From positions 77,068,001 through 77,132,000 of the forward strand of contig NC_086097.1 in NCBI RefSeq assembly GCF_963921235.1: 64,000 nucleotides of DNA, written 5' to 3'. Below the pieces are notes generated by a model. That model had not been told where the DNA came from. It worked only from the letters and a program-made list of their open reading frames with translations, and ran no database searches. The stretch is from Mobula hypostoma. Its lineage: Eukaryota. Positions 59,790-64,000 of the stretch are shown piece by piece (position 1 is the stretch's first letter; each line of letters opens with the position of its first letter). The translations under genes were made by a program, and so were the position numbers.

Positions 59790-62640
59790 GGCTGTCACAC
59801 TCCACAACTATCAAAGGTCGTTGCAGTGTGGTCAAAGAGATGAAGGAAGTGGGATGATTCCTTGTGGTTGAAATAAAGTACCATAACACTCCAGTCCGGC
59901 TAATCAATGTGTATGGCTCGCCCATGCTAAATGAATGACAAGCTATCCTCCAGCAGGTCCCACCACTGCTGGCAAGGTCCCTATCTGTTGTTCTGGCCGC
60001 AGCCTTCAATCTCATCATTGATGCAGTTGAAAAATCTGGTAGCGCCAACAGAAAACTGGAGCAACTCTGAACTCCCGATGGAAATGGTTAAGGCTACAAA
60101 ATTGTGCAATGCCTTTAGCACCCTGCAGGTGGAGCACACTTGGACCGATTCAGACAGCTCAGTATGGCCTCACATGATTTCCTCTTCACATCAAAGACAG
60201 TCACAGACCGTACCACCGACATTAGTCTAATATTCTCTGACCACAGTGTCCTTCATGCCGCTTGTCACCTACAGGAGGGCAAGAAGGCAGGTAGGGGGCA
60301 TGAGTGTTGAATGTCATGCTGCTGACCCTAGATTGGAGAACTGTGAAGTCTCTCTTTGAAATCCCAATTTACTGGTGAGAAGCAACCAAGAGGTTCTTCA
60401 TCCTCAGAGATGTTCAGAAAAAGTCATGAGAATTGCACCATCTCCACATAAGATTTGCAACAACCTCTCCATATGCAGTCAAGAGGGGTGGATGTGAGAG
60501 AGGAACTCAAGAGGCAAAGAGCCAGCAAGCTGTGGCCTTTACCTCTGAATCCTCCAACATCATCTAACGGTCCAAGATCCACTTTGTGGAGTAGGATGAG
60601 GCATGCTAATGCTTCTGACAGGTTCACGGGGGAGCCCTGTGATCCACATCCTTAAGGGAGAGGACAATTTAGTTACAGCTTCACAGACAGACATACTAAG
60701 GACCTGCAGATCTCTTTTTTTTTAACCAGTAAGACCACAGACAGCACAGTGTATCAGCACAGAACTTCCTGTAGTCTGTTACAGAGGTGCTTGACAGTAA
60801 GTGGGAGATCCAGTATCAGCCATTGTCCTTAGAGGAGGTGACAAGCCCTTGGCACAAATAAAACTCCAGGAAGTGATAGCTTACTGTCCGAATTGTGGGA
60901 CTGGACGCCCCAGATCTCCAGGAAGTGTACAACATTATGCTTCTAGCAGGGGCATGTCAGACTCCATGAGGAAGAGCATAAACCACCCTCATCAACAAGC
61001 AGAAGTGGGGTGGGAGAGGAAGAACATCAGGAATTAGAAACCAACTTCACTGTGGAGTGTGGATTACAAGATTCTGTAAAAGATCACCAACCAGGTCACA
61101 TCTACTCTGGGACCGATTATCCACCTAGACCAAATCTGTGGCTGCTCTAGAAAATCTCTTGACAGCCATGTACTACTCAGGGATACCAGTGCCTATGCGA
61201 AGGACAGAGGGACAGATGCCTGCCTGGACCTGGAGAAGGCCTTTGACAGGATACCATACACAAAATGGGTTTTGTGGAGGGAATTATAAATTAGATCCAA
61301 CTGCTGTAAACAGATATTCATAGAGCAGTCCAAATAAATGGATAGGAGACAGATAGCTTCCTCATCATCTAGAATCAGGCAGAGTTGTCCACTCTCCCCA
61401 CTTGTTTGTGTGCTACATAGAAACTTTTGCTGAACCCATCAGGAAGGACAAGAGCATAAGAAAAGACATTGCCAGGAAGAGGTGACACAAGTAGAAATCG
61501 CTCTGTAACTGGATGATCTAGCCATCTCCAGCTCGGTTCCATGGTCAGTTTTCAGAGTGATCAACATCAATGACCGGTTTGAGTGGCATTGGGAGCCAGA
61601 ATCGACCTCAGGACTGTTGGCAACTGTCCATTTCAATGTCCCCTTCACTGTCAGGCCTGACAACTTGAATGTGCTGGAGATCTGGTTTGGACGAACTGAA
61701 ATGTGTAACAAGAACTGGCTGGAGCAAATTAGGGAAGATCAAACATAGCTTTGTAGAAATGGTGTTCTCTGGGAATAATTTGGTAAAAGATGTGATATGC
61801 TCTAAGGATGCTGTTAAGCACAAGTGTAGCCTGTTCCCCATTCCTCTGTTTGTTTCAGTACTAACTGGAGACATCTTCCAGTTTATCTGGGATCCACCAA
61901 GTCATGATGCACAAGTCCCTTGAGAATGGGGGCAAAAATGTACCCAATGTTGTTTTCATCCTGATGACCTTCTTTGTGTGTGGCTGTATCTGATGGTGTA
62001 TGGACCCAAAGTTATGTTGGCGCTAGGTCACTTGCGTAATGAGGTTCTAAATGATGTGGAAGATTGGACTGGTCCCTCTACCATGCAATACCCCAGTCAG
62101 CTGAACATTGCTGTACTGTCTGTCTATGTGGAAGAGTTCTTCCAAGTTAACACCTTTGACCACAAGTCCATCAGGTAGTGGTTAGCACTGAATGGATTGC
62201 AGACGCTGTGAGACAGAAGCAGTTTGGATTCTGCGGGCTTGTTTCCGAAACAAATGGTCAAAGCCTTCCACTACAGATGGTCACCCCCAATATGCACAGC
62301 CCACAGGATGGCTGTGGTGGGGAAGGGACAGTCAACCACCTCTTTGCTTAATGTAGATTTGCTAAAAGGATATGGAGATGGAGACAGGGGTCCATGTCCT
62401 GGTTTATTCTCAGTAGTTGTGTAACAGAGGAAGCCCTGATTTATGGTCCATTCCTGGAGATATTTGCTCTAATGTGGTGTGTGCTCTTTGGTCGGCCCAA
62501 AACCTATTGGTCATCCTGGATAGGGAGATGTTTGTGAGAGAATGCTGCAAACTGGCTCACTATAGTTGTTGGTGAATGCACTGAAGCTTTGTATAACCAA
62601 TGCTAAGGTTTTGTAGGGATGGACCACAGTATAGCTCCTT
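59790..62640 (+). mobile_element. Old L1-clade (Tx1-like) LINE, heavily decayed
   Basis: 'RLINVYG' endonuclease motif (~59896-59917), 'IRQSCPLSP' (~61374-61400) and an 'LDDL' RT-box remnant (~61509-61520); many stops and frameshifts. Confidence 0.7.
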
Positions 62641-64000
62641 CTGCTACTGCACATGCAGGGGCAGAAAAGCCCCTTGAAAAGTGAAAGGGGTATCACCTCA
62701 GGGAGCCTGTTCACAGTCAACAAATCATCCTATCCTTCTCTTTCTTCTTCTTTGGAATATGTCAGTCCTGACTTTGGACAGTTGGCTCATAAAAAAACAC
62801 TCCCATGTCAGATGACACTCAGAGACAGCTGCTCCCCATTTATTACCAGTTCCTACCTTATTATGTTGTCGTTTTCCTAACACCAAACTTTCCTCTGAGT
62901 TCTGGATTTATCCTTAACTATCTTAAAATTCCGTAGTTGTGACCATTATTCTCAAAATGCTCTCCCAAGGAAACCCCAATTACCTGGCTGAGCTCATTTC
63001 CCAATAAAAGGTCTATTATGGCCAATTTCCTGGTTGGACTATCTATATACTGTTCCAAGAAACCCTCCTGGATGCAACCAACAAATTCTACCCAGACTAA
63101 GCTTCTTGTTTGGTTACTTTTTACTTTATTTTTCTTTTGAGATACAGCATGGAACAGACCTTTCCAGTCCAATAAGCCTTGTCACCCAGCAACTCACCTA
63201 TTTATCACTAGTCTAATCACAAGACAATTTACAGTGACGAATTAACCTACTAACTGGTATGTCTTTGGGCTATGGGAAGAAACCTACATGGTCACAGGGA
63301 AAACATTCTGGTCCAGTCAAGATTGCGCCTGCATACAACACTCCTTCAGTTAACATCTTCTGGATAGATCATGAAACCATATATAACACTTCTTTTATAT
63401 CATTTACATTTGTTTTTCATCTTGGATGTGATTCTGGAAATGTTGGAGCTGTGATTTGCAGTTTGAAGATCGTTTGGATGATCCAGTGCTCTGAAGTCTC
63501 CAAGAGGATTCTGGGAGGCAGAGGCAGCATGCACAAACCTCAATAAGGCAGGCCGCAGGATAGCTGTGAGGCTGATGTATGACTCCATTTTGCTGATTAA
63601 AGCATTGAAGGAGATTGAAACATTGAGGTGATTGCAGAAGCTTGTTTGGGAGCTTCAGCACTCTGCAGTCTCTGAAGCAATTCCAGGAGACTGAAGCAAT
63701 GTGCACGAATTTCAGTGGGTGTAAACCGATGTTTGACTCTTTCGCTGATCAAAGCTATTATTTGCTGATTAAAGCAGTGAGGGAGATTGAAGCATCAAGC
63801 CGAGTGCAGATGGGGTAGCAATATCTGTCTGTCTTTTGATAGCTCTGCTACAGAGAGGGAAAGGCCTGCCGGAGAATGTTGCCCTGGTTTTCTGCATTTT
63901 GGTTGTGGACTTGGACTGTAGACTTTCTTCAAGTCTCATAGTTATTGATATTCTGTGTGTTTCGCCCGATCTCTTTTGTTTTTTTTTTGTACGTGGAGAG

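Overview
Vertebrate genomic DNA. The repeat families (CR1, Rex/L2-type, Penelope-like, Tc1, hAT, V-SINE-like) suggest a cartilaginous fish, probably a ray; this is an inference. The only clear host protein-coding gene is the 5' half of AVEN on the minus strand. Its CpG-island exon 1 (57627-57421) encodes an RGG/RG tract, and exon 2 (43511-43346) encodes the diagnostic 'FSRRQIVSNWDRY...RGADFNVLLSFAG'. No exon 3 was found, so bases 1-43345 are probably part of a very large intron 2. A ~1.6 kb minisatellite with a palindromic core lies just upstream of AVEN. Most of the rest is transposable-element sequence of mixed ages, with repeat-poor stretches in intron 2. Best leads: (i) a Penelope-type minimal hammerhead ribozyme core in the loop of a 50-bp inverted repeat in AVEN intron 1, plus decayed copies; (ii) two unrelated LINE-derived non-autonomous elements whose 5' and 3' ends can base-pair; (iii) plus-strand exon-like segments in intron 2 that may be the antisense CHRM5 5' UTR, by analogy with the mammalian locus; (iv) an in-frame alternative donor for AVEN exon 1; (v) a decayed LTR retroelement with a tRNA-Ser-like primer binding site. 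Coordinates of old repeats are approximate and no database searches were run.
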